Shown here in pieces: positions 1-12,300 of a stretch of DNA of 64,000 bases. The stretch comes from Selaginella moellendorffii (taxonomy: Eukaryota > Plantae > Lycopodiophyta): NCBI RefSeq assembly GCF_000143415.4, contig NW_003314326.1, positions 434,001-498,000 on the forward strand, given 5' to 3'. Made by a program: the position numbers and the translations under genes. Each line of letters starts with the position of its first letter. Position 1 is the stretch's first letter. The notes beneath the pieces are model-generated. The model ran no database searches. It worked only from the letters and a program-made list of their open reading frames with translations, and was not told the origin of the DNA.

Positions 1-3000
1 TGCAGTGGAAGGTCAGGACACTAAGCTACATCTGGGAAACAAAGAGTCGCACGAGTAACAGAGGGACCTTGCACGAATAAGTTAGTGACCCCTCCATTTT
101 TTTTTCAGGAGTATCATCAAGGGGTTCATTCGGCACCGGTTCATCTAATGTTTATTTTCCAAGCTTGTTTTTATAACAAGAGGTCTCCTATTATTCTCTC
201 CATGTTGGTTGATACAAATTTGAGTTTATCTTTTATTGCTCGACCTGTTACCACACGTTGCCGTCTACACTTGCGTCGTGCAGTGGAACCAGTTTTCATT
301 CTTTATGGCAACAGATGTACACATGTATGTGTATAAGATGAAGCAGACCTGGTTGTGCGTGTGGGCGATCTCGAGCTTGAGTTGCAGTCATTTCAGGTGG
401 TGCTGAGTCAAGCTTTTGACCTCATTCTTGGTATGGATTGATTGCAGCACAATCATGCCAAGTGTGACTTTAAAGCTTTTTTCCCTTGTCTCATACTTCC
501 TTATGTTTCATCTATTCCTCTCACTTTCATACTTCTTCGTCCCTTTACTTCTACCTCTGCTTCCATTACTTTTGATCCCCAATTATTTCCTCTTATGTTT
601 CTATATTGTTCTGCTCTTTCCTTTTCCGATCCCTCTAACAATCTTTATGTTGCAGCGGTTGACCAACTCATGAAGGAGTATTTTGATCTTTTTGAATTTG
701 ACTTATCGTCTAGGGCCACGATTACCACATGTCATCCAATTCCAATTGGGGATGCTCGTCCAATTAAGGTTCTTATTCATCGTCAATCACCCAAGGAGAT
801 CAAGATTTTACATGCAAATGTTAAGGAAATGATAGAGAAGGGTGTTATTTAGAAGTCATGGAGTCCTTGGGCATGTGAACCTCATCTTATGACGAAGCCT
901 GATAGGAGTATTTGTTTCTGCATTGACTATCGTCCGTTAAACAAAGTGACGATCCTAGATGTGTACCCTCTTCCTCACACTGCTGATCTCTTGGATCATC
1001 TGGGGCGAAGTCGTTGGTTCACCAAGCTAGATTTTGCTTTTGGGTACTAGCAAGTATTGATGGCCAAAGAAGATATTCCTAAAACTGTTTTTCGTACATC
1101 ATTTGGTTTGTATGAGTTCTTGGTGATGCCGTTTGGTTTGAACAATGCTCCAGCAACTTTTCAGTAAATGATAGATGAGGTTTTTTGTGATATGCCGGAA
1201 GTGACTACTAACTTCATTGATGATGTCTTGATCCACTCGAAGGGGATGTGGGAGGAGCATGTTTGTGATGTTTGTAAAGTGTTGGATCGGCTACAAGATA
1301 TTGGTTTAAAGTTGAAGCAGTCGAAGTGCGTATTTGGGTCCAAGGACACAACTTATCTTGGGTATTGTATTTCTTGTGAAGGTTTGCAAGTTGATCTTGA
1401 CAAACTTGTGGCTATTCTAAAGTTCCCTACTCCAAAGTGTGTGAATGATGTGCAACACTTCTTAGGCAAGGCGCAATATCTTGGTCTTTTTATAGATTAT
1501 TTTTCTGATCGCACAACACCATTGCAAACGTTGTTGAAGTCATTAACGTCATTTTTCATTTGGTCTTTGGATTGTGAGTGGGCGTTCGTGGATCTCAAAA
1601 AGATATTGATGACTCCTCCAGTTTTGGCATATTTTGACTACACTCGACCTTTTATTTTGCACATGGATGCTTTTGACATAGGTCTTGGAGTTGTGTTAAT
1701 GCAAGAGAGCTCGAGTGTGCCTGGTCAGCACCATCCCATTGCGCATATAAACTGTATATTACAACCAATGGAGATGAACTACTTCACGACAGAGAAGGAG
1801 TGTTTAGCAGCAGTCTGGGGTTTTGATAAGCTTCATGCATATCTACATGGTTCTCAAATGTTACTTGAAGGTGATCATGCTACTGTTACTTCATTATTGA
1901 AGTGGAAGAACTTGGTTGGTCGTACTGCTCGATGGGCTTTGAAGCTTCAGATAAATGACTTTGATGTTGTTCATCGCCCAGGGAGTTCTATGGCTGATGG
2001 TGATGCCCTTTCTCGAGCTTCTCTTTCTTCTCCACTATCTTCTCATGTTTTTGATGAGTTTGTTGTTCTAGCATCTGTGGATTTTCTAAATGAGGATTCT
2101 GTGCTGTTGGCAGTTGCTATACTTGACATTCAATGTCCACAAGGTATAGAGCAAGATCTACCTTCTCTTGATGAGGTTCGCGAGGCTCAAAAGATTGAGC
2201 TGTGGATTTGAAGGCTTTGAGATGAGTTTAAGAATCCTGCATCACTTATTGATGACTTGCTTTTCGGCATTTACAATCTTAATATTGCCTTGAAGATGGC
2301 CTTCTTTATTTTATGGGGACAGATCCCGATGATCATTTACGGTTGGTGGTGCCTTTTGTCTTTATTCCGCAGTTTCTTCATGCCTACCATGATTCTCCTG
2401 TTCTAAGTGGGCATATAGAACATTGTCATGTAACCGAGATGCTACGCAAATCTTTCTATTAGCCGGAGATGCAATGTGATATTATCCGGTATGTGCGTAG
2501 CTGCGTTTGGTGCCAAGTTCGTAATACTCCCCTTCGTGCTGCGGAAGGATGGTTGGAGTCAATTGCAATTTCCTGTTTGTTTGAGTTGGTGGTGTTTGAT
2601 CTTATGGGACCTTTTCTATGGTCGACTACTAGCAATGAGTATGTTATTATTGCTTTTGACTACGTGACTCGTTGGGTGGAAGTTGGTGCTCTTGCTAGTT
2701 CCTCTGCAACTGCTGTTGGATACTTCTTCCTCGAGTCATGTTCCAGCATTCTTGTCAAGAGTGGATTCTTTTGGATAATAGTCCCGCATTTATAGCCGAA
2801 GCATTTCATATTTTGACGTCTCGGATGGGGATATGCTACACTTTCACGAGTGCTTATCATCCACAATCAGATGGTCTGGTGGAATGGCTCGTTCGGACAT
2901 TCAAAGGGATGATTGCGAAGTATGTGAACTTTTAGCATTCGGATTAGGATGGTTATTTGCCGTCTCTTCGGTATACATATGTCATAGGGGTGCAGACTTC

Positions 3001-3712
3001 TGTTGGTGTTTCACCATATAAACTCCTATATGGTCATGATCCAATACTACTAATAGAGCTGGGTTTACCTTCGCGATTGCCATGAGTTGCTGATGCTAAG
3101 TCGTGGGATCAGTATTTGACAAGCATTCTTCCACTTGTCCGAGAAAAGTTGCCGAACACTTAGGCTGCGTACAAGTGGGACAATAATGGCACTACAACTC
3201 CCATTATCGTCCACCTGTGGAGTTCAAAGTGGATGATTTAGTGTTAGTCCATTTTCCCCATCTTATGGTACGTGGTTTATCTAAGGAGCTCCTTGCACAA
3301 TGGAAAGGACCGTATCGGGTGTTGTGGCAAGTTGGATCACAAGTTTATGAGGTTCGACATGATGTTTAGCAAGCCGATCCTTCAAAGATTGTGCATGTGC
3401 AGCGGTTGAAACGCTTCGTACAAAGGGATCAAGAGTAGTTAATACCACCTATAGATCCGCCGATCATTCCTTTAGATCCCAGCCCGTTTACAAGAGAATC
3501 CTGATGGTCTTCCATTATTCCAAGAGAAGGGGATGATGTGAGGGCCAAGTGTACGGCTATGATGCTGTATACTAATATTAGTGTAATGGGATTTTGGTAG
3601 CCGTCGAATTGGTTTTAATTCGGACCTCTCACTCTTGTATATAAGCTAGGGTTTTTGGGCTAATTGATATGCAGATTTTCTATATTCCCTTTCCATATTC
3701 CAAGCACTCACA
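1..3712 (+). mobile_element. Degenerate Ty3/gypsy LTR retrotransposon, 3' part (protease-RT-RNase H-integrase, PPT, 3' LTR)
   Basis: RT motifs [25 protein letters not shown] and FIDD; RNase H motifs DAFDIGLGVVL and EKECLAAVW; integrase motifs CVWCQ, FDLMGPF and TSAYHPQSDG. RT-RH-INT order is the gypsy order. Several in-frame stops and frameshifts. Purine tract AAGAGAAGGGGATGA precedes TG at 3537. Confidence 0.95.
3537..3712 (+). repeat. Short (176 bp) 3' LTR of the gypsy element
   Basis: Starts TGTGAG directly after the PPT, ends CTCACA (terminal inverted repeat) and contains TATATAAG. Confidence 0.7.
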
Positions 3713-4759
3713 ACTACTATAAAGCAAATTAAGTGTTATTGCATGTAATTTGCAATAAACTATTATACTTTCTTAAGCATTTTAAGATTTTAAAAAGATA
3801 ATATATATTAGGAACATTCTGAAACATCCTACTTTGCCTAAATGGAAAAACAAAAAAAAATTAAACATTGCATTCAATTAATGAAATATAAAATCATCTT
3901 TATAAGGATTCACATGGTGGAGATAATAGGATTTGGAACTCATCTTTAGCTTTTGTAGGATCTTTTAGTTTATTAAATAGGGGTAAGGTTTGCAAATACA
4001 CATATATATAAGTAATATATTAATTATAGTACTATAACATATAAATTGTATATAAAGAAGGGTTTAAACCCATCCTTGGAAGGCAAAAGTTTTTTGCAAT
4101 GTTTTACTTTAGTGTTTGGGATTGTATTTTTGTTTTTTATTCCTCTATTTCTCTTTTAAATTTAGATTTGTATTAGGTTTTTGTAAAATCTAGAATTCTT
4201 GTTATTATTGTGTTTAGATTTGCTCTTCTTTTTGCTCTTCATTGCATTCCCTTCTTATGCCATGCCATATTATTACTAATTAAGGAATATGTCATTTGAG
4301 GCTATTGATGCTGCTTTATTAAATTAAGTTTTTAGTGTTCTAAGGTGTGATTATATTAGTGTTATACCTATCCTTGGTGTGTTGCTGTCTTCAACTTTTG
4401 TGGGACATGATTACACAACTTATCTTATTTTTAGTCTTTTACCATCTTTTATTGATATAGAGCATGATCGTAACATTGATTAGCAAGTTATAGATGATGC
4501 AGTTTGGTTTGTTTGAAGATCAAGTTTATGAAAAGATGATGTGTATGAGCTCAAGTGAATTTTATATTGTAATGACAAGTTTGATTATTATAGAAATAGA
4601 TTTGGAGATGAGATAAAGATTTTGTGGGGTAAGTTTTAATCTTTTAATCTACCATCAGATCCTTTTTCTTTACTTTCTCATATTTCTTAACTATTTTTTT
4701 ATTTTTCATCCTAAACCACTTTTTCGTGTTCTTAGTTGCAAGCCACAAATTTTTCTTTT

Positions 4760-4855
4760 GCAATTTGCCAACTTACCTCATTTATTTAACGACTACTACC
4801 TTAGCCTTAGTTAAATTCACTTACCAAGGTTCCCATCTATTGTACCAACTCTTAT
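4760..4855 (-). repeat. LTR fragment related to the LTR at about 11740-11835
   Basis: CAATTTGCCAACTTACCTCATTTATTTAACGACTACTACCTTAGCCTTAGTTAAATTC closely resembles CAATTTATCAGCTTACCTCATCTATTCAACCACCACTACCTTAGCTTTAGTTAAGTTC at 11.74 kb. Confidence 0.6.
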
Positions 4856-5789
4856 TTAGTTTAATGAAGAGGTAAATGTTTTATCTTGTATATCTTCCCA
4901 AAAAAAAGAAGTTTAAGTGAAATGTCACATTTAAGCTTAGGCATTCAAAGAAGAAAGAATTGACCTAGGCAACACTCATTATAAACAAATAGTTAGAAAT
5001 GAAGCAATTAGAAATGGTTATAAAATTATGTAGTATATAAATAACACTTAACCATGCTCAAAAATAACCACCTACTCACTATTGTATGCATTTGCATTGA
5101 ATTAACTATCTTTCTCTCACCTATTACTGTTTATGTAAAGTAGAGTTGAGAGAGTGACATATGCTTATCCTTATTCATGCCTTTGGGGTTCGAGGATGAA
5201 TTCTCTTTTATTCTCCTCTCATTCTTTCTCTTCTTTTTCTTTTTTCCTTCTACGTTTTTATCTCTGTTTGTTTGTCATTATTTTGGGCAAGAATGCAAGT
5301 ACATATCCAAAAAGCTTTATTCACTTTTGGCAGCCACAGTGGGATAAGCCATCATTCTAATTTGAAAAATAGCCAAAAAAAATCATTTGTGAATTTCAAA
5401 CGTGCTCAACACTAAAAATTATAAATAGATTTCTTTAGTGATTGTAGAGGCCCTAAAAAAAACAACATTGAACAAAAGAGTGATTGCAATGGCATAATGC
5501 CTAGATAATACAAGAAAGATAGTTTTCATCCGTCACTAAAGCTATAGAGATGGGATAAGTTTGAAATTGAAAATATGGCATATATTGCCAAAACATTTAA
5601 GTTATAATTGTTTCACAAGTAATTTTTTGATAAAAATCCAAAAGAAGAAGGAACGGAGTTTGTTTGATATAGAAAACATAATTAACTACTCTATAATTCT
5701 TTCCTTCTAAACAAGTTCTTGCTTAAATATTAGAAGACACATTTTTCAGAAGCATATCACAATTTTTCTAGGCATATATAAGCAAGAAA

Positions 5790-6405
5790 ATTCCATAATA
5801 ATAATTAGTGACAAGTTGCAAAGGAAAGAAAAAAATGACATGATAGTCAAATTCTGCTATGTTATTAGCAATATAATAAAAAATGCTACCAAAATAGCAA
5901 TATCACGACCTTGGAAAATGTGGAAGTGGAGGTGTATAAGGTGAAACATTGAAATTTCTAACATGTCACTAATGGATATAAAACATTTCACTAAAATTTC
6001 AAATATCTCCAGATAAAACAAAGTAGTGATGGCATGATGTCCCTAATGTGAGAAGGTCTACTTTGCTAATATCATGTAAAAATGTACATTACTAGATTCT
6101 ATACATTTGAACATAAGGAGGGTGGCATACCAATAAAGTTTTGTAACTATTATGTATGTTAATATCTTCACCCATCTACTACAAGCAATAGCATATGGTG
6201 ATGACAATATTGCTAATTTTAATATTAAAATAAGATATTAGAACCTTCACTATGAAAATAAAATAAAGAAAACAACCTACCCATTAATAAAATTAAATAA
6301 TTCATTAAAAGGCCAAATTTATTGAATTTAGGCATTTCAATATCATCATTGCCAGTATTATTTTCTATATATTTGAAATGAATGTGCTTGTGGTGCTCTG
6401 CTATC
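5790..6405 (-). pseudogene. Amino acid transporter (AAAP/AVT1-like) pseudogene, inverted copy
   Basis: Reverse complement aligns by eye with 7143-7755. Encodes degenerate AVT1-like transmembrane segments. Confidence 0.7.
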
Positions 6406-6987
6406 CTTAGCCTAAATGGATTATGTTTAAGATAAAATCAATAGATGACTCAATTCACGTTAACGAAGTTAAAATTTATAAATAATATGTTATTTTGTTT
6501 TTTATTTTTTTTAATAATTACAAAAACGTAAAAAGTATTTAAGGTGAATCAGTAATTAAAGACTTTGAAAATACTCTTATCTTTTTTAAAACATTTATTT
6601 GTTTTAAACAATTTTTCCTTTTTTTTCTTAATGAATTTTTGTTTCTTCTTCTTCTTTTTCTTCTTTTATCTTTAGTTTTTTTTAAAATTATTTTAATTTA
6701 ACATTTAATTTTAATAGATATAACAGGTTTGATAGTTTATTTATAAAATTGCATGTGTAACATATTATGCAACAAAGTGTTGAATCTTCAAGTGTGTGGT
6801 TGGTTACATGGTATATGTGGAAAAGAAAATTTTAAATGAAATATCAAATAATTTAGGACTAGTTAATAATGTAATTGAAATGTTACTGAATTTGTCTTAA
6901 AGAAAATCAACTTTTAATTATCAATAAAATTATATTGAAAGTTGATTTCTTTAAGACAAGAACATTAAAATATGTTCTGCAGCCGCT

Positions 6988-7087
6988 NNNNNNNNNNNNN
7001 NNNNNNNNNNNNNNNNNNNNNNNNNNNNNNNNNNNNNNNNNNNNNNNNNNNNNNNNNNNNNNNNNNNNNNNNNNNNNNNNNNNNNNN
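6988..7087. other. Assembly gap (100 N)
   Basis: Run of N. Confidence 1.
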
Positions 7088-7142
7088 GTACACTCATTTC
7101 TTAGCAAGGGCATCAATATGAAGCATTTTTCTTCTGGGCCAA

Positions 7143-8580
7143 AGATAGTAAAGCATCATAAGCATATTTATTTCAGAGATATGGAAAACAGTATTGGCAA
7201 TAATGATATTAAAATGCTTAAATTCAACAAATTTAACACTTTAATGAATTGCTTGATTTTATTGATAGATAGGTTATTTTCTTTATTTTATTTTTATAAT
7301 GAAAGTTCTAATATCTTATTTTCATATCAAAATTAGCAACATTATCATCATCATATTCTATTGCTTGTAACAGATGGGTGGGAATATTAACATATATAAT
7401 AGTTGCAGAACTTTATTGGCACACCACCCTCCTCATATTCAAATATATAGAATCTAGTAATGTAGATTCTTACATGACATTAGCAAAGTAAACCTTCCCA
7501 CATTAAGGACATCATGTCATCACTACTTTGTTTTATCTGAAGATATTTCAAACTTTAGTGGGATTTTTTATATCCATTAGTGACATGTCAAAAATTGCAA
7601 TGCCTCATCTTGTACACCTCCACTTCAACATTTTCCAAGTCATGATATTGCCATTTTGATAGCATTTTTTATTATATTTCCAATGATGTGGTAGCATTTA
7701 ACTATCAGATCATTATTTTCTTTCCTTTGCAACTTGTCACTAATTGTTATGGGATATGTGTTATCTATAGGTATATCATATTTATATTTGCCCTTTAATT
7801 TTTTTTAATCTATTATTTTTTAGGTGCAAAAGAAACAAGATTTCATCATATACCAGTAGTACTGAAATTAAGTGGAATCCTTAAAGCATTTGGAATTTTA
7901 TTTTTTACTTTTGGAGCTACTCCAGTGTTTCCTAGCATTTATTCATCCACTGGGAAATCAAAGAGAGTCCACAAAACCATTTTAGAAATAATTAATATAG
8001 TTAAAATACTATAAACATTTCTATATAATAAAGAAATTTGGATGGCATTGTTTATTCACCCTTTTTTATTTAATTTTGTTCCTCCTTATATTAACACTAA
8101 GTTTATACTAGGTTTTTACATTAAGCTTTATACTTCCAATTGGAATTTATATAATATTTGGTGTTGTTAGAGCTATTATGTTTGGGCATACAAGCCAATC
8201 TCTTGTTACTACTAATTTACCTCATTCTTTGGTAGTTTCCAGAATTGCTAATTGGATTGGGATTTTAATCCCAATCACTAAATTTCCACTTTTACCTGCA
8301 CCTATGTTGATTGACATGGCAAGGTGGAAGTATATCAAAAAACACATATCATTTATAATTACTCTAAGGTTAATTTTATATCTAAATCATTGATGATTTT
8401 AACTTTAATATTTTGTAGGTTTATTACTATTCTCCTCATGCTACTTATTGCAGTTTTTGTGCCTTATTTTTTAAACATGATTGAGTTAGTAGGGTCATCC
8501 TTAACTATTGCTCTTTGCACAATTATTCCAAACATATTTTACATGAAGATTTGCAAACAGATGTTTCAAGAAAGCATCTA
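7143..8580 (+). pseudogene. Amino acid transporter (AAAP/AVT1-like) pseudogene
   Basis: Exon remnants LSGILKAFGILFFTFGATPVFPSIYSS, MFGHTSQSLVTTNLPHSLVVSRIANWIGILIPITKFPL and VFVPYFLNMIELVGSSLTIALCTIIPNIFYMKI match the AVT1 consensus pattern (GHxVFPNIYSSM; MFG...QITLNLP...SKIAVW...P.TKYAL). In-frame stops; very AT-rich. Confidence 0.8.
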
Positions 8581-9114
8581 TAATAATAAGAACAAAGGGC
8601 CCAGAACCCCACAGCTGCCGGATCTCAGGCCCAGGGCAGCCTTGCTTGTGTTTTACATTTACCATTGTGGCTGGGCTTTCCGGGATGAACAGAGGGCTGG
8701 GTCTATTGTTCGATCACTCCATAGCAATGCCTTTCTGCTGATGATGATGATGATGGAGAAGGTTATGGTGTTCGCTGTGAAACAGATTTGGGCTAAACAG
8801 ATTATGGTGTTGTTGAATTCAGCTATGCCAAGCTCATGTACCTCAGGTTCATGGCCATTCCTCGCCCTTGTGGTGAGTCCAGGTCAATGCAGCACCTTAA
8901 TCCAAGTAGCAGTAGAATCTTTGGAGGAACTAGTACCCATTGCATCAAGCAGAAGCAGATCTAATCGACTGCCCAGCAGCCCCAACTCCATGGATCCCTA
9001 CAAAGTGATGCAGCTGGTGTTTGCCAAAGTTCAAGCTCAGGATCTGGATTCCAGAAAGTGGCTCCAATATCATGGGTTACTTGCTGCTGGACCGAAGCAA
9101 GCAGGAAATGGCTC

Positions 9115-9285
9115 GATTGGCAGTTAGCTCTGATGCACTGCTTCAATCCAGGGTCAAGACCAAACTCTGATCCTCATGCTCGATGTGGGTAATCTGGCAT
9201 ACAGCTTTCGCAACACTTCTAGACTCTCAATGCCTTATGGAGGCTGGGAAGCTCCAAATCAAGAACTCAAGGGGCACTTTGTTGA
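9115..9285 (+). pseudogene. Fragment of a GH127 (DUF1680, beta-L-arabinofuranosidase-like) gene
   Basis: Translates LMLDVGNLAYSFRNTSRLSMPYGGWEAPNQELKGHFV, matching the plant GH127 motif LMLDVDxLxWSFRKTAGL...PYGGWExPxxELRGHFVGH. Similarity ends just before the adjacent gypsy remnant. Confidence 0.75.
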
Positions 9286-9399
9286 TATGTCTACTGTAAG
9301 GACTACCATTCTTTTTATTTCTTGATCATCCTTACTTGGTATAGAACTACTAGAACTTCTATTCAATCATAAAAGCTACTAGTTTCCAGAGTGAATCTT

Positions 9400-11850
9400 A
9401 TGGATGAATTCTACACATCCCAAAGGGCATCACTAAAAACTCAAAGCTTCCATATTTTGTTTGACAGGTTGTCTTCTCGACATCTTCCTTTTCTACTCTG
9501 ATCTAGTAGTATTTTGACCTTAGGTCAATCCTTAAGAAGTATTTCACTTTTTCTAACATATCAAACAGGTCCTCAATCCTTGATAAAGGGTACTTGTTCT
9601 ACTTGTTAAGTAATCGGTAATTTATGCACATGCATATAAATCCATCTTTTTTTGTCACAAATAACATTAGTGCCTTATATAGTGACTTGCTCAACTTTAA
9701 CATACCATTTATCCACCAACTCCTCAAATTAACACTTGAGCTCCTTGAATTTCTTTTAATTCAACTAATAGGGGGGATGAACCACCGCCTTAGCACCCTC
9801 GACCAATGTTCTACCGGTCGTATGGGAAGTAATCCCTTCGGTAGTTCCTTCGGTAAGGTATTTTGAAATTGGTCTAACACCTACTGAATCACTAAAGGTA
9901 CTTCTTCTGTTCCTGTCTTTTTTGTCACTCCCCACTAAGAGTAAGTATAAAAATGTTGCCTTAATTCTTTTAGTGAGTTGTTCTCTCATGAATATTAGAT
10001 TCAAGCAGAAGTCTTTGGCCTTACATTGCCTTATCTTTAGGTCCTAGGCCTCCACCTTTGATCATTTTCCCACTAAATTCCTACCTTGTCCATGCAGGGC
10101 TAGCACAAATTAATTAAACCAATCCATCCCAAAGATTATGTCAAATTTTGTTATATCCAATATGGTGAAATCCATATCTACTTTCCATGTCCCTATTTCG
10201 ACTCTTCCTTGTTAAAGTCCCTCATCGGCACTTTGACTACCTTGAACAAACTCTATAGTCCTTGATTCACCCAACCACTGCACCGTTAGTTCAGCTTGCC
10301 AGACTATGTTTGCAACCACAAAATTATCCAAAGCACCTATGTTAATAATGATTTTAACAAAGCTACCTTCGAACTTCCCTCAAAAGGCTAGTAGATGTTG
10401 CAAATGACTCTCTACCAAAGTTGCTCATGTAATGAGTAATTTTGAGCTAGGGACCAAATCACATACCTCAATTTGGATTTCACCTAACTTAATAGCCATA
10501 TTGGCTCTGTCTTTTTTCGGGTAGGGACATTCCCTTAAAAAGTGTCATACTTCACTATAGTTGAAACATTCATTATTTCCCACACTACTAGCAGACTTGA
10601 CCTTTTTATCCGTGGGTTTGTCCTTTTTCGCTTGACTCCCCCACGTACTTGCTCATTAGCCATCGGATCTCCCTTTCTGGAACCCTGAGGACTCATTCTT
10701 AGAGAAACTCTTCTTGAATTTCCCTTTGCCATATATCCCCTTGGTTTGACTCCTTTGCTAAATATGGACTCTAACCCCGTTGTGTTCCCCTTTCACAAGT
10801 TAGCATTGAAATCCACTTTAATAGTTGCATCCAATACTTTTTTATAGTTAGTTGGGTTCTAATGTATCACCTCGCCTCGAGCCCAAGACTGTAAGCTTGA
10901 TATAAAGGCATACAATGCATCTATATTGCCTATATCTGTGATAAGGATCCTTTTCATCATGAATGGATTCATATACTCTTGAATGGTTTCTATCTACTTC
11001 AGCCTACTTAACTAATTTTTTAAGTGCAGAATAGCATTCGGGAATATATATTTCATGGATCCTTGCCTTCATTATTTCCCAAGTGGCCATTGGTCCTTCA
11101 TTAGCCTCTATTGTTCTCCACCAAGACTTAACATCATCTGCCAAGTATGGTTTTGCATATGGGACTTTCTTCAAACTTAGTAATAGCAACACTCAAAATC
11201 CTTCATATAGTAAAATTAATCCTCCACCACTTTATAGTTATTTACTCCCTTGAAAACCGATGGGGGCTTTAGTTTGTATTTGAGAACTACTTGAGAGATT
11301 AATTCCATTTCAGTTTGTTTGACCTTGTTTGGTTCTACCTCAATCCCCGCCAAAAGGTCCACGCCTTCTGCACTTGTAGCATCTAAAGTCTTTTGCCTTT
11401 TCCTCTGTTTCTTGTTAAGCTTTAGCTTGTGTACGAGGGTCTCCAGTAGGGCATTAATCTATACCAATTGTCCTTTTAGAATGTCCAATTGAAACTTAGA
11501 TGACTAAACCTTACCACTAGACTTTTGTTCGGAAGTTTCCTCACTAGAGTTCTCCTCGTGCAAAGATTCCTTAACTATAGCTTCTTGTTCTACTAAAGGA
11601 TCCAGCTCTAAAGGAGGTTCTATCTCTACTTTAGTTCTTTTATGCCTTACCTTAGCCATCTTTAAGTAATCTGTCTCTATCCTTCACTAAAATTGAAGAA
11701 AAAGCTTAAATACCAAATTGTAAATTACAAATTTTTCGTTTTCAATTTATCAGCTTACCTCATCTATTCAACCACCACTACCTTAGCTTTAGTTAAGTTC
11801 CCTTGCCAAAGTTCACACTTATTATACCAACTAAACCTCACTATCCTTAT
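9400..11850 (-). mobile_element. Degenerate Ty3/gypsy element, 5' part (LTR end, PBS, gag with zinc knuckle, RT N-terminus)
   Basis: Minus strand: PBS-like TGGTATTTAAGC just after ...TTACA (about 11703-11718); gag-like YLADDVKSWWRT..TWEIMKARI; degenerate zinc knuckle ECFNYSEV*HFLRECP; RT motifs [21 protein letters not shown] and [13 protein letters not shown]. Confidence 0.88.
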
Positions 11851-11854
11851 TATA

Positions 11855-12300
11855 TTTTTGGAACCCCTTGCAACTGGCCTCCCCCCTGTGGGATGATTGC
11901 TTTGGACTTTTGCTCCATGACCTATATTAGTATTTGGACTCGGTCTGAGAATTGATCTCAGACTCGATCTCAAACTCAACCTTGAACTCAGTCTCAGACT
12001 CGATCTTGGACTTGATCTTGGACCTGACCTGGGACTCAATCTTAAACTTGATCTCGGACTCAGTCTCAATCTCAGACTTGATCTTAGACTCGGTCTCAAT
12101 CTCAGACTTGATTTTGGATCTCAGACTTGGTCTTAAACTTGGTCTCGGACTCAATCTCGAACTTGGTCTCGGAATCAGTCTCGGACTCGATCTCAGACAC
12201 GGTCTCGAACTCAATCTTAGAATCCGTCTTGGACTCAATCTCGGACTCAATCTCAAACTCAATCTCGGAGTCAGTCTCAAACTCAATCTTGAACTCATTC
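11855..12300 (-). repeat. Fragment of the minisatellite-bearing LTR family (6/12-bp GGACTC(G/A)ATCTC array)
   Basis: The 11855-11940 flank and the tandem array match the LTRs at 49.7-50.0 kb and 51.3-51.85 kb. Confidence 0.85.

Noticed and set aside
8324-9127. 267-aa ORF as a real gene
   Set aside because: Chimeric read-through of an intron, a transporter exon remnant and unrelated inserted DNA; non-ATG start.
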